Part shown: positions 16,168-31,123 of the stretch, piece after piece
Numbering within the stretch: the stretch's first letter is position 1
Layout: every line of letters begins with the position of its first letter
NCBI GenBank assembly: GCA_964016885.1
Contig: OZ024761.1
Coordinates: 30,132,001-30,196,000, forward strand
From: Eledone cirrhosa
Taxonomy: Eukaryota
DNA: 64,000 nt
Reading direction: 5' to 3'
Translations under genes and position numbers: made by a program
The notes under the pieces: model-generated
What the model was told of the DNA's origin: nothing
The model's database searches: none
What the model saw: only the letters and a program-made list of their open reading frames with translations

Positions 16168-18925
16168 TTTGATAGGTTTTGGCCAGTATTGGCCTCGGCC
16201 ATGTCTAACTTAATAGCACCACCTGGCGAAGTCTTACAAATTAGTGTTTGGGCACCATGGCCCACTCGAGCAGAGAGTTATTGTTTACAGAGGCATATCC
16301 GGGTGTAGGAGGCTTATCCGGGATTTCTTGAAGGAATTTATCCAAAGATTTCTTGAACTTGATGGGGTCTGTCTCTGCTTTGATGTGTTTTGGTATAATG
16401 TTAAAGAGTGCAGGGCCAATTGAGGTGAAATAATTGTGCCGTATTGTTGTTATGTGATGCGAGTGGGATTTTTGTCGTGGGCGGATAGCACGGGGCCCAA
16501 GCCTTGGGTGTACACTAAAGGTGATGCCAACATCATTTGGGCTAAGATGATGGAATATTTTCCACATCATACAGATAATGTAGCGCTCACGGCGACTTGG
16601 GTAGATTAAAGTTTGAGCTTTTCTAATCGACCCCAATAGTCAAGGCCTGTCATGCCAACTATGTTTTTTTGTAATTGACCTTTGGGTTGCTTCAACTTTC
16701 ATGATACTTTGTTTCGTGTGGGGTGACCACAGTGGACAACAGTATTCAAGGTAGGGTCGGGAAAAAGTGGAGAAGAGAAGGACAACAGTGTGGATATCTC
16801 TCGACTGGAAAGTTCTTAGAATCCAGGAACACATTCTGCGGGCCATATCAACTTTGCTGTTTATATGAGTGGCCCAGCTTATATTGTTGTCCACAATTAC
16901 TCCCAGGTCTCTGATGTTATTGGAAGCCACTAGAGTTTCACTCGAAGGAAGAGAGTATGGTAGTTTCAGGGCATCCTTTTTTCCAAAGTGGATTAGTTCA
17001 AATTTATCCTCATTCAACAGCATATTATTCATCCATTGGATAACAGCCAGTAGATCTGACTGAAGGCAAGTCCGGTCACCCACCTCATTGATGACCCTTT
17101 GGAGCTTGGAATCATCTGTGAAGATTCTGATGTTACTCTGTTTGATGATGTCAGTAATGTCATTAATGATGAAAAGAAGTGGGCCCAACACAGTACCTTG
17201 TGGGACGCCACTGCGGACTTTGGCAGGGCTTGATTTTACTCCTTCGACTACAACATGCTGGGTTCTGCCTGCCTGTCAGGAAACATTTGATCCACTGTAG
17301 TAACCTTCCAGAGACACCAACATTGGATAGTCTTTTAAGTAGAATCTTATGATCAACCCTGTCGAAGGCCTTTCTGAAATCAAGGTAGATGACATCAGTG
17401 TTGGAGCCCTCTCCCAAGGTTCTCAAAAACATTGTCAAAGTGATGCAGGAGCTGCATTAGGCAGTCCCTTCCATTACGGAACCCATGTTGGTTGGAGTTC
17501 AGCAGGCCGTTGCTTTCAAGAAAGTGGGTTATTCGTGATCTCACCACCCTCTCCTTGATAATATGAGAGGTGAGTGAGATCGGACGGTAGTTCACTGCAT
17601 GGGACTTATTTCCCTTTTTGAAGACTGGGACAGAAAGTTTTCAGGAATATAGCCAGTGGCCAGTGAGTTCCTCCACAGATTAGCAAGAGGAGCTGCAAGT
17701 TGGTGTCGACACACCTTCAGGACACAAGCAGGGAACCTGTCGAGGCCTACTGCTGAATTGTGTTTAATTTCGTTTATTGCCGCTAAGACATCAGGGGCGC
17801 CAAACGTTATGTCTGATATAGTGTGTTGGGGGGGTTAATATCACTGATACGGCCCAGATAGGCCATATCAGGGTTGCTGAAAACAGAGCAGTATTGTTTC
17901 TGCAGTATCTCGCCCATGGTTTTGGCATTGTCCTGGAGTGTGCCATTTTCATCAACTAGGGGGCCAACAGTGGAGACGGTGACCTTGTGTTTTTTAGCGA
18001 ATGAGAAGAACACTTTGGGGTTGAGTTTGATTTTCTCAATGGCCTACCTCTCTTCAGCTATTCTCTGGTTATTGATGATGGTCATCACGCATTGCTGGGG
18101 GTTATATTTTTTTGACTCAAGCAGGGTGATAGTCATTGAATGTGTGTGTTGCTGTTGGTAGTATTTTAGTGTGTTAATTTTTTTGTTTGTTCTTTTTATT
18201 TTTCTGATAATTGTTTTTCTGTTTTGGGGGATACTGCACTTGGTTTTTTCACAGGTTTTGGTGGGGTGTGTTTTGTACATATATCTGTGACAGTGTCTAC
18301 AAAGATCTGCCAAGATGTTTTGATGTTGGTGGAAGTGTGTGCGTGTGTAAAAGACCAATCGACATGTGATAGTTCGTTCATAATTGCATCCCAGTTGGCA
18401 TTGTAGAGATCCATGTTATCAAATGGGTGGGCTGGAGAGTAGACCCTGAGATTAGCTTTCGGCTGGTGGAATCTCAGGTTGCAAAGAACCATGTCATGGT
18501 CTGAGAGAAGGCTTTTTTCCACTGTAATACTATGTATAGTGTTAGTGTGGTTACTAAACACTAGATCCAGAATGTTCTTATGATGCCTCGTTGGTGCAAG
18601 GACAAGTTGGGACAAGAAAAACTCATTCATGAAGTCAAGAAGTGACTCGAAAGCCTCTTTGTCAGTGTTAGAGGCTGTGGAGCCTGGTTTCAAACTACAT
18701 GTAGACCAATCGACACAGAGTAGATTAAAGTCTCCCATCAAAAGTATGTTGCTAGAATGGCACTGTTTAATAAAGCTTTTAATACTGTTGAGGCATTCTT
18801 TGAAACAGATTATGGGTGTTTGTGGCGGCCTATAGAGCCCAACTAATGTCAGGTCATTGGCTTTATTGTGCACAGTGACTGATTCACAGTATCCATTAGA
18901 GAATGTTGTGTTGCCATCTGCCGTA
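16168..18925 (-). mobile_element. Decayed CR1/L2-like LINE ORF2 (APE endonuclease plus RT), frameshifted
   Basis: APE motifs GLYRPP, GDFN, LDL and SDH (18196-18925); RT motifs NYRPISLTS, QHGFR, YLDF.KAFD.V, LGPLLF..IND, F.DD, RDLG and RP.LEY across successive ORF fragments. Confidence 0.92.
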
Positions 18926-18968
<43 letters not shown>

Positions 18969-19157
18969 TCTGCTTATTTGGCTATTCCATTATTTCAGTG
19001 TTCGAATATTCGAATAAACGAATAATCGAATATTTCAAACATAAATAACCAATGAACGTTCACATTGTGTGTGTATGTATGTATGTATGTATGTATGTAT
19101 GTATGTATGTATGTATGTATGTATGTATGTATGTATGTATGTATGTATGTATGTATG

Positions 19158-20495
19158 TGTTCTTCTGGTTTTATAATTTCACAAAGTTTTACCAATAAAG
19201 AGAGAGTCGGTTTCTAACATAGACACAAGACTCTCTCATTGGAATTTACACAACATCAACTAGGTAGATATGTATGTATGCATGTGTAGATATGGATGTT
19301 ATTGTATGTGTGGATGTGGATGTTATTGTATGTGTGGATGTGGATGTTTTGAGTTGTATGTGTGCATGTGTATATGCTTTGTATCTGTACATGTGTATAT
19401 GCAGTTATTAGATGCAACATTTTTGGAATGTTTTACATATTTTTACTGTTCCATTCATGGATTTTACTTGTAGTTTCCTAACTAGTTGTGTTCTTTCTGT
19501 TCCTGTGAAGCCTAGCTTCTCAAGATTTGTATTGAGGCAGTTACTAACATATCCCAGTGCCCCAATAATCACAGGCATAAATCTGAAGGTGTAATCAGGG
19601 TGTAGTATCTGCAGATTTCTCATCAGTTCTGCATAAATATTCTCCTTTTCACTAATCTTTGATATTATATTGGCATCTGCTGGGCAGCTAATTTCCACTA
19701 CTGTGCATGTTTTCTTCTCCCTGTCCCATATCATAATATCTGGTCTGTTATGCCTGCATTTTATTGGGGTTTTACTGGAACATTCCACCAGTACTCTTTC
19801 ATATTATGTACATGGATGTCTTCCACATTGTTGTAGCTTTTAATGTGTTTATTATCGAGGCTATCTTTTTTACGAACTGCATTGTACAGTGTTTTGGCCA
19901 CTACATCATGCCTCATAGGTAGATAGTACCGCGATGACATCTTTGGACAGCTGCTGATGACATGGGTGATATCCTCGATGTTAGTTCTGCAGAGTCTGCA
20001 CTTGTTATCACATCTAGGTCTTTTGCCTGCATCCCTATCTCTTTTGTGAATCAGGTATTTCGTGTTGATTTCCTGTTCTTGGATTGCAAAAGCGTATCCT
20101 TCAAAGTGGGTCCAAGATAGACTACTTTGTTTATCTATATTACTCTCACTCTGGAGCTTCCTGGCAACATACCCATGCATGATTTTTTGCTGATAAGCAT
20201 GCAGTTTTTCATCCATGGATTCACTGCGGTACTGCTGGGCAACTTCCCTGTCTGTGAGTTTTTGATTATCACGCAGGGAATATCTTTCAAGGAATTCCTT
20301 TTCAACTCTCATGATCTCATCTGTCTCATGCAGATAGACTTGCTCTATAGACGGGCTCCTATGCTTCGAGGTTCGTAAATGTTGTCGGAGGGATATTATG
20401 CAGCATTCAAATGCGGTCTGGACTGATGTTAGGCGGTGTATGTCACTGTTGATGTGGAAGTTTCCGGTGTTCTTTAGTATTTTTCGAGTCCTAAC
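19158..20495 (-). mobile_element. R4/Dong-like RLE non-LTR retrotransposon, 3' part
   Basis: CRLC-x8-H-x4-C knuckle, RHD, WWN, RPDI..WD, E.SCP and EK..Y; frameshift near 19775; 3' end abuts (ATAC)n at 19075-19157. Confidence 0.88.
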
Positions 20496-20689
20496 ATGAA
20501 TTGCTCAGAATTCGTCTATCGTCCAATTGAGTATTCCAAACTTTGGTGTATGTATGTATGTATGTATGTATGTATGTATGTATGTATGTATAGACATTGG
20601 CGGACTGGTTCTAAAAGTATTGGTCGCCAGGAAAAGACAAAGGGGCTCACACAACTACAATACTATCATTGTGGAAGTATTGAAAAAAT

Positions 20690-20990
20690 GTCCGTATGAA
20701 AAGAGTGTTTTGTGAAAGGTCGATAAAAAAAATCTATATGCCATGCGTTTTTCAAAATGCCGGAAAAAGATCTATATGAAAAGCGTGATTTTGAAAGTGT
20801 AAAACAAAATCTATATGAAATGTGTGACTGGAAAGTGTTGAAAAAAGATTAGTATGAAAAGTGTGTTTTGGAAAGTGTCAAAAAAAAATTCCTTATAGCG
20901 GTCGTTGGCAGATTATTTTTCAGTTTTCAAGGGTGTTCACTCTATTTACATTTCTGCGCTTAAGCACTAAATCTATACTTATATAGTTAC
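20690..20990. repeat. About 39-bp tandem repeat (TCTATATGAAAAGTGTGTTTTGAAAAGTGTAAAAAAAGA-like) plus a unique block
   Basis: Five to six diverged units; the block is duplicated at 21590-21830. Confidence 0.7.
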
Positions 20991-21192
20991 AAATATTTTC
21001 ATCGCTTTAAAAGCCGTTTCAGGTACACGCGCTACATCAAGCATTTTCTAAAAAAATAAATCATACTCAAAACGCCAGCACCAACAGTTTTCCAAGAGAT
21101 GTCAACATGAATGAACCTCATATTTTTATCTAAAGACATTTTTTCCAATTCCAACCCGCCTGTCCATTCAATCTATTTTATTTCTCATTCTT

Positions 21193-21228
21193 TCTTCTGA
21201 TGAAGGACTAGCGTCCGAAACGTTAAGA
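21193..21228 (+). ncRNA. Minimal type I hammerhead ribozyme (family H)
   Basis: TCTT-CTGATGA-A-GGAC(TAGC)GTCC-GAA-ACGT-T-AAGA: all three stems present, palindromic stem III, as in Penelope-like minimal hammerheads. Confidence 0.85.
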
Positions 21229-21589
21229 CCCTCTTCCTGGTATTTCAAGCGTTAACCTAATATATTCCTTCCATATACTGTACCGATTGTGTTGTTATGT
21301 CTGTTTACCTTTTACATACCCCCCCCCCACACACACATACACACATATATATACAGTACACAAAACAATTTGACCATATTTTATTTCTATAATTGTATTA
21401 TAAATATTATACAATATCATATATTAGACAACATTATTTCTCTCATACAATACTGTTGAAGAGTTCACCAACCTAAAAATGTCGCACATGGTGGAACAAT
21501 AAACATACGATATATGTAAGTCTGAGTGTACGTGTGTGTGTTTGTATATATATATATATATACATATGTTTTTGTATGTATATATACAA

Positions 21590-21830
21590 ACATAATCTAT
21601 ATGAAAAAATATATATATGAAATGTGTTTTTGAAAATGCCGTAAAAAGATCTACATAAAAGGCGTCTTTTGGAAAGTGTAACAAGAAATCTATATGAAAA
21701 GTGTGTTTTGAAAAGTGTAAAAAAAAGATTCCGTATAGCGCTCGTTGGCAAATTCTTTTTCGGTCTTCTAAGGGTGTTCAGACTATTTAAAGTATTTCTG
21801 CGCTTAAGCACTATATTTATACTATAGTTA
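21590..21830. repeat. Second copy of the 39-bp tandem repeat block
   Basis: Direct repeat of about 20750-20990. Confidence 0.7.
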
Positions 21831-21947
21831 CGGCTTCGTACATTAAATATATATATATATATATATATATACAAATATAAATTAGCGAGAATCGTATTTC
21901 GGCTTTGGAATTAGCGAAAAACAACTTCATATATATATATATATATA

Positions 21948-22058
21948 TAATTGTTTCTACTTTAGGCACAAGGCCAGCAATTATCCAGTGCATTACTGGT
22001 ACTTTATTTTATCGACCCCGTAAGGATGATAGGCAAAGTCAACCTCGGCGGGATTTGA
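21948..22058 (-). mobile_element. tRNA-derived SINE, 5'-truncated
   Basis: Reverse complement of the SINE 3' half. Confidence 0.85.
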
Positions 22059-22059
22059 T

Positions 22060-24357
<2,298 letters not shown>

Positions 24358-24557
24358 NNNNNNNNNNNNNNNNNNNNNNNNNNNNNNNNNNNNNNNNNNN
24401 NNNNNNNNNNNNNNNNNNNNNNNNNNNNNNNNNNNNNNNNNNNNNNNNNNNNNNNNNNNNNNNNNNNNNNNNNNNNNNNNNNNNNNNNNNNNNNNNNNNN
24501 NNNNNNNNNNNNNNNNNNNNNNNNNNNNNNNNNNNNNNNNNNNNNNNNNNNNNNNNN
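24358..24557. other. Assembly gap (200 N)
   Basis: Run of N; contiguity across the gap is not guaranteed. Confidence 0.99.
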
Positions 24558-24634
24558 TGTAGGTAGGTAGGTATGAGGTAGGTAGGTATGTAGATATGGG
24601 GTTAGATAGATAGATAGATAGATAGATAGATATA

Positions 24635-24681
24635 TTTCTTTATTAGCCACAGGGGCACAAAAGAAGGGGACAAATACAAAG
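24635..24681 (-). mobile_element. Tx1-like LINE extreme 3' end in (AGAT)n
   Basis: TTTCTTTATTAGCCACAGGGGCACAAAAGAAGGGGACAAA, shared with 46532, 46744 and 47229. Confidence 0.65.
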
Positions 24682-25139
24682 ATAGATAGATAGATAGATA
24701 TGTAGAGAGATTGATAGAAAGATACATCGCTAAATAGTTAGTTAGATAGATAGATAAAGAGATTGGTTGATAGATAGGTAGATATGTAGATAGATATATA
24801 GATTAATGGATATGTAGATTGAAAAAAAGAAATAAAGAAAAAGTTAGTGTGTGTGAGAGAGAGAGAGAAAGAGAGAGAAGAAAATAAGATTTAAATTATT
24901 TCGACTAAACGGTAGTAGGTAAAATATAAGCTAAAACTAGTATTTGGAGCAGTTCCATAGGATAATATTGTGTCCCAATTGTTAGACATGACATAGTGTC
25001 TTGTTGACCTCTGGAGGTCAAGGGTTTGACAGGTTATAGGTTCTGACCAGCTTTCAATAAAAACATAACAACATGAACAAAAATTGGTAAATAGATGTCG
25101 GCTTAGCTGCGTGGTTAACAAGTCCTCCTCGCAATCTAG

Positions 25140-25275
25140 TATTTTCGTGTTCGGTTAATTAATGAGCGGCACCGGTCTTTTTTATTGAGGGGACGGGTTC
25201 TTGTACAGTAGGTTCGAATTGACCAATGTCTAATAGGTAGAATTTGGTAGACGGAAAATGTGTGGAAGCTCGTTA
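25140..25275 (+). mobile_element. Old degenerate SINE 3' part
   Basis: ATTTGGTAGACGGAAA...GAAGCTCG end; related to 58620-58778 (-). Confidence 0.45.
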
Positions 25276-25302
25276 TATATATGTATATATATATATATAT
25301 AG

Positions 25303-25474
25303 AAACGAGTAGGACCCCGACGGCTGAGCGCAAGCCGTTTCGACGGCTAATTCTAATTTTAGTCCAGAATTAGCCGTCGGGGTCCTACTCGTTCCTATTA
25401 CCCACTCTACTACCCTAAGTATTGAGTACTTTGGTGCGTTATGGTCCACCTGGTTCCTTACCACATTTCCTTCG

Positions 25475-25476
<2 letters not shown>
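25303..25476 (+). mobile_element. Family A foldback copy
   Basis: Inverted arm plus full tail; the right arm has a deletion between two AGCCGTCG direct repeats. Confidence 0.75.
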
Positions 25477-25531
<55 letters not shown>

Positions 25532-25544
25532 TAAGAAGAAGAAA

Positions 25545-25712
25545 TTAAAAGATGGTTAAAAAAGTTCCATGTATTTTATTATGCGCATTTCAAAAACAAA
25601 TATCATCCTGGGACGATATTTGCGTTATATATACTCCAGTCCAATAAACTGTTGAGTGCTACTTATCCGATATTTGCATTGCTTTATTGTGCTACAATAA
25701 AACTCACCTCCT

Positions 25713-25714
<2 letters not shown>
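25545..25714 (+). mobile_element. Family B rearranged copy (inverted partial arm plus tail)
   Basis: Matches about 8935-8995, then 12918-13002. Confidence 0.7.
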
Positions 25715-25771
<57 letters not shown>

Positions 25772-25920
25772 CACAAAGAGGTTGTGCTAAGATACCAGGT
25801 GGACTATAACGTTCCAGAGTACTCAATACTATTAGAACGTTCTAATACTGGTGGCTTAGTTCAGATCTAGCTGTCGAAACGGCCGAAGCTCAGCCGTCGG
25901 AGTCCTGACCCTTTTCCGAT
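25772..25920 (-). mobile_element. Family A subfamily foldback copy, diverged
   Basis: Tail on the minus strand plus a GAAACGGCC...AGCCGTC arm on the plus strand. Confidence 0.6.
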
Positions 25921-25949
25921 ATATATATATGTATGTATATATGTATGTA

Positions 25950-26237
25950 TGGGAGTGAAGGGCCCCCAGTTGTTGTCACAACTTCTTTCTATGACTTCGA
26001 CTTCGGAAGCATCCAATGATGTTGACCAGTTCTCCTTTTCGGGTGGTGTTTTCGATGCTCAGAGAGTGGGATTGGTCGAGTACAAGGCCTTTCCCTTCTT
26101 AAAAAAACCTCAAAGCACAGGCATTGCTTCTTCAGGATATGTTACAGGTTCATGTGGCTGGCCGTTGCCTAAAAGTGCACCAAACTTTATAATCTGACAA
26201 GCGATTGCAATACTCTTAGCAGAGTTTGCAGCCATCA
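25950..26237 (+). mobile_element. Non-autonomous retroelement family K, diverged copy
   Basis: Shares GATGTTGA, AGAGAGTGGGA, GCACAGGCATT and a terminal ACTC..GAGT..GCAGCCATCAT with other K copies; orientation inferred. Confidence 0.55.
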
Positions 26238-26259
26238 TACATACATACATACATGTATG

Positions 26260-26520
26260 TTTTCTCTTTCTCTTAATTTCGAGTATATTTTTTTGACCGG
26301 CCACCTTCCTGGTGGCAAGGTTGTAAAAGAAAAGAAATTGTCATCCCTTGAATCGCAAGAATGTTTTGCATATTTTGAAGGTGCCAGCTATCGCAGCCAT
26401 TTGTAGACTATGAATTAGGGAGCTGCGCTTTTTGTCCGCAAATCCAAGTTCGGTCATACTTTGGTCCAAGCGGGTTGGTATATAACCCGTAGCACCAATA
26501 ATGATGGGTATGAAGCTAAA
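26260..26520 (-). mobile_element. Second R4/Dong-like 3' end
   Basis: F.FIPIIIGATGY...LQ....GT.KICKTFL, homologous to 19408-19600; flanked by (TATG)n. Confidence 0.8.
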
Positions 26521-26620
26521 GTATGTATGTATGTATGTATGTATGTATGTATGTATGTATGTATGTATGTATGTATGTATGTATGTATGTATGTATGTAT
26601 GTATGTATGTATGTATGTAT

Positions 26621-27226
26621 GTTGCCAGTTTAGTCGCCAACGACCCGACCATGAGACAGGTTGTACTGGGATACATGTTACCAGTAGCACCAAATGGTGA
26701 CCTGACCAAGGTATCTTGGCGAGGAGGGTGACTTTGGACATCCTGCAAGAGTAAAAACAAAACCTGTCAAAAGGCAAAGGAGCTCTTAAGAGTCAATGGC
26801 CATTCAAAATCATCGGGAGAGATGACCCCTTAGCCTTTGTCAAGGCAGAATTCTAGAAGAAGGAAAACTCTGATATAACACCTGCAACCCTGATGGTATC
26901 CAATGATGTTGACTTGTTCTTCTTTTTGGTAAATATCATTTTGGTCAAGAGAGTGGGACTGGCTTTGTGCAGAGCCTTTTGCTCACTATAAAAGCTTCCC
27001 GGCACAGGCATTGCTTTATATCTAGAGATCTCTCTGCACTTGTCGTCACATGGTACCATGGGCCCAGCACTATGTGTCAATAATTGTCACAAGTGTAGTG
27101 TTTGTACCAGAGTTTTCAAGTCGCTGGCTGGACTAAAAAGTCACACTCATTCAGCGCATCGGTAGGGGTTCTCCTACATGGATATAAAGTAGTGGCCGTA
27201 CTCGAAAACGAGTTGGCAACCACCAT
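26621..27226 (+). mobile_element. Family K non-autonomous retroelement, about 600 bp, in (TATG)n
   Basis: Near-identical to 38375-38895; no coding motif; terminal hairpin ACTCG-AAAA-CGAGT. Confidence 0.7.
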
Positions 27227-27350
27227 GTATGTATGTATTTATCTATGTATGTATGTATTCTGTGTGTACTTGTAGCTTAATTGCTATAAATTAATCAGTT
27301 GTCTCTCGTCCCTTAGTCCACTGGACGCCCCCCTCCACCACCACCACTAG

Positions 27351-28187
27351 TAATTGTTTCTACTTTTGGCATCAAGGCCAGCAATTATCCCAGTGTATTA
27401 CTGGTACTTTATTTTATCGACCCCGAAAGCATGAAAGGCAAAGTTAACCTCGGCAGGATTTGAACTCAGACCATAAAAGCCGTAACTCTTTGCTGCAAAA
27501 CAAGGCGCCAGACCTTCTACCGATACTGCCAATTCACCACCACCACCACCACTAATAATTGTTTCTTATATAGGCACAAGGCCAACAATTTTAGGGGAGG
27601 GAAGTCGATTAAATCGACCCCAGTGAATTACTGGTACATTATTTTATCGACCCCGTAAAAACGAAAAGCTAACCTCGACGGGATTTGAATTCAGAACGTA
27701 AAGGGCCATAACTCTAAGCCACGAAGCAGGTTTTTCGACGCTCTGCCAATCCACCGCCACTAATAATAATTGTTTCTACTTTTGGCACAAGGCCAGCAAT
27801 TTTGTAGGAGGGGAAAGTCGATTAAATCAATCCTAGCGAATTACTGGTACATTATTTTATCGACCCCGTAAGGATGAAAAGCAAAGCTAACCTCGGCAGG
27901 ATTTGAATTTAGAACGTAAAGGGCTGTAACTCTATGTCATGGAGCAGCTTGTTCGACGCTCTACCGATTCTGCCAATCCACCGCCAGTAATAATTGTTTC
28001 TAGTTTTGGCACAAGGCCAGCAATTATCCCAGTGTATTACTGGTACTTTATTTTATCGACCCCCCCCCCCGTAAGGATGAAAACAAAGTTAACCTCGGCG
28101 GGATTTGAACTCAGACCATAAAGGGCCGTAACTCTTTGCTACAAAGCATGGCGTCCGACCCTCTACTGATACTGCCAATCCACCGCC
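27351..28187 (-). mobile_element. Four head-to-tail tRNA-derived SINE copies (27351-27540, 27556-27758, 27767-27985, 27991-28187)
   Basis: Each runs TAATTGTTTC...CGACCCCG...GGATTTGAA...GCCAAT.CACC; separated by short (TAA)n. Confidence 0.92.
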
Positions 28188-28204
28188 TATCCGCCAGTAA
28201 TAAT

Positions 28205-28665
28205 AATGAGAATACCACGACACCGGCGGTGCTGGACCGAAGGGACGGCAAAAGGCCTGACAGTATGACCATCTTCCCGTTCCGCGGTGGCAAACCCCTC
28301 GTCTGGGATACCACTTGCAGCGACACTTTCTCCAGCCGCAACCTGGTGCAGTCTACGACTAACCCAGGTTCTGCTGCACGTCGAGCTGAGGAGGCCCAAA
28401 CTCTTCAACTACCGGTCGCTCTCCGACAGGTTCACAGCCGTACCCTTGCCAGTGGAGACTTCTGGTGTCCTTGGCTCTAGGGCTACCTCCCTACTCACCA
28501 CCATAAGCGCTGAGCTGGCCAGCCGCAAGTGTGAGCCTCGCGAGATGGAATGGCTCTTCCAGCGCATCTCCTTTACCATCCTCCGGGGAAACGCCTTCTC
28601 CATTCTCTCCGCCGGGGCTGTGGGGAGACCAGCACGTGGGACCCCATTTGCTCACCATACGGATT
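28205..28665 (+). mobile_element. CRE-like RLE retrotransposon 3' end
   Basis: DGKRPD.MT..P...G..LVWD.T..DT, AE..K...Y, VET.G.LG, QR.S..I.RGNA; one frameshift. Confidence 0.82.
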
Positions 28666-28869
28666 AAGACATATAACCTTTCTTTTTTTTTTATTTACCC
28701 TTTTACGATCTTTAAATAAAAACTAATAAAGAGAGAGAAAAAAAGCAAACACAATGATAGCAATTTCTGAAATCTCTTTTTCTAGATTTTTCTTGAACGC
28801 TGGCTATGACGTCACCATTGGAAAATCTGTTGAAACACAATGGTGGCGATGGCGGTGACAGCGGCGTTG

Positions 28870-29520
28870 GTAGGAGAGGGAGAGAGTAAGAGAGAGAGTG
28901 AGGGGGAGAGAGTAAGAGAGAGTGAGGAGGAAAGTAAGAGAGAGAGGAGGCGAGAGTAAGAGAAAGAGTGTCGTGGAGAGAGTACGAGAGTGTGTGAGAC
29001 ACAGAGAAGGAGAGAGAGAGAGAAAGAAAGACACAGAATAAGTGACAGATAGACGTTAAGAGAGACGGAGACAATCAGAGAGAGAGAGAAAGAAAGGGGA
29101 AAAGAGAGACAGTAAGAGAGAGACAGTAAAAAAGAGATGACAGTAAGATAGAAAGCGAGGGAGAAAACGAGAGAGAGAAAGGGACAAAGAGAGTGAGAGA
29201 GAAAGTAAGATATAGATTAAGAGGAACTAATGGACGTTAAGAGAGAGAAAGAGGTGGAGAGAGAGAGAGAGAGGTGGGGAGAGAGAGATGAAAAGACAGA
29301 TAGACGAAGAGACAGAGAGAAAGAAACTCAGTAACACAGAGAGAGAGAGATAGAGAGAGACAGAGAAAGAAACCCACTAAAAGAGAGAGAGAGAGAGATA
29401 CAAAGACAGATAGACGAAGAGACAGAGAGAAAGAAACTCAGTAAAAGAGAGGGAGATAGATAAAAAGACAGATAGACGAAGAGACAGAGAGAACCAGAGA
29501 GAAAGAAACTCAGTAAAAGA
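28870..29520. repeat. (GA)n-rich tract with three copies of AAAGACAGATAGACGAAGAGACAGAGAGAA
   Basis: Direct inspection. Confidence 0.85.
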
Positions 29521-29943
29521 TGAAGGGGATGGAGGTGGTGTGTGTGTTTTGAAAGTTTCCGTGTTTAACGATGTCTTTCTCTCCGTTTAACGGCCGAGAA
29601 GAAGGAAAGGAGGAAAGATAGAAAATATTCAAAGGATACGACGACAACAACAACTACAATAACTACTACCACCACCACCACTATTACTACTACTACTACT
29701 ACTATTACTACTACTATTACTACTATTACTACTACTATTACTACTATTACTACTTCTACTACTACTATACGGAGCTGTACTGAAAATATTAATATCAACT
29801 GGAAGAAGAAAAAGGTAGAATTATGTAACTGAAGTAATTTATTTTTAAATATTTCAAGAACAACACTATACACACACACAGATACACACACACATACACA
29901 CACATATATATATAAAGATAGATAAACACACAAACACACACAA

Positions 29944-30004
<61 letters not shown>

Positions 30005-30055
30005 CACACACACATATTACACATACATATATAAATATATATATATATATATATG

Positions 30056-30715
30056 TAAGTATGTATACGTACATACATATATGTATACAGACGTACAGTA
30101 GTATGTATATATATACATACATGCACACATATATACATGTACGTATGGATTTACCGAACATTTATTATAATGCTCGGTTTGTTTGTAAACAAACATCCCG
30201 AATTAAGCCGTACAGTGTTTAGCAACCATCGTTTCCCTTCTGTTCAACACTGAGAAATGAAATTTCGTTTCATTTTTTCCGTTTATCGTTTTCGGTGCGC
30301 CCGGCCGATTAACCCACTCGATATGCAAATTGGGCTGCTCAGCCGTTAATATGCATAAGGAAAGTATATACTTTCAGACGTTCAATCATCTGGCAGGAAG
30401 GTAGACAGTGCTGACGATAGCTAATAAACTTGAAACTAGTACAGCGTTCCTTTGTCAGTGTTGAACAGAAGGACAACGATGGTTACTAAACACTGTACGG
30501 CTTAATTCGGGATGTTTGTTTACAAACACACCGAGCATTATAATAAATGTTCGGTAAATCCATACGTACATGTATATACGTGTGCATGTATGTATATATA
30601 TATACATACTACTGTACGTCTGTATACATATATGTATGTACGTATACATACTTATATTTAAGTAACAGCCGTACTAAGAGTGAGAAATGAAATTTTGTTT
30701 CATTTTTTCCGTTTA
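30056..30715 (+). mobile_element. Foldback element family F (arms 30056-30253 and 30455-30654) with a 430-bp internal period
   Basis: About 200-bp inverted repeat; TGAGAAATGAAATTT.GTTTCATTTTTTCCGTTTA occurs at both 30251 and 30681. Confidence 0.75.
30406..30446 (+). ncRNA. Degenerate hammerhead motif (family F)
   Basis: CAGTG-CTGACGA-TAG...CTT-GAA-ACTAGT-A-CAGCG; core and palindromic stem III intact, stems I and II weak. Confidence 0.5.
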
Positions 30716-30794
30716 TATATATATATATGTATATATATATTGTTATACTTTGGGAGGGTCATGTTGCCAATATATATATATATATATATATATA

Positions 30795-31123
30795 CAATAT
30801 ATTAATAAATGCAAACTATATTTATAAAACCATAATTATTTTATTATATATATTTCAAGGGCAACCAAGCCAATCTTGGTGCGCTTTCATCAGATAAAAT
30901 ACAAAATTTGTTTTATAAATAGTGACATAAACATGGAAAACAACCTTGACGGTTGAAAATTCGCTTGGTTACCCTTGAAATATATATAATAAAATAATTA
31001 TGGTTTTATAAATATAGTTTTCATTTATTAATATATTGAATATTTACCCCAGTAAACTGTTGAGTGCTTTATATCAGTTATAAACTTTTAAGTTTGTGGG
31101 AATCCCAACAAATTAAATATAAC

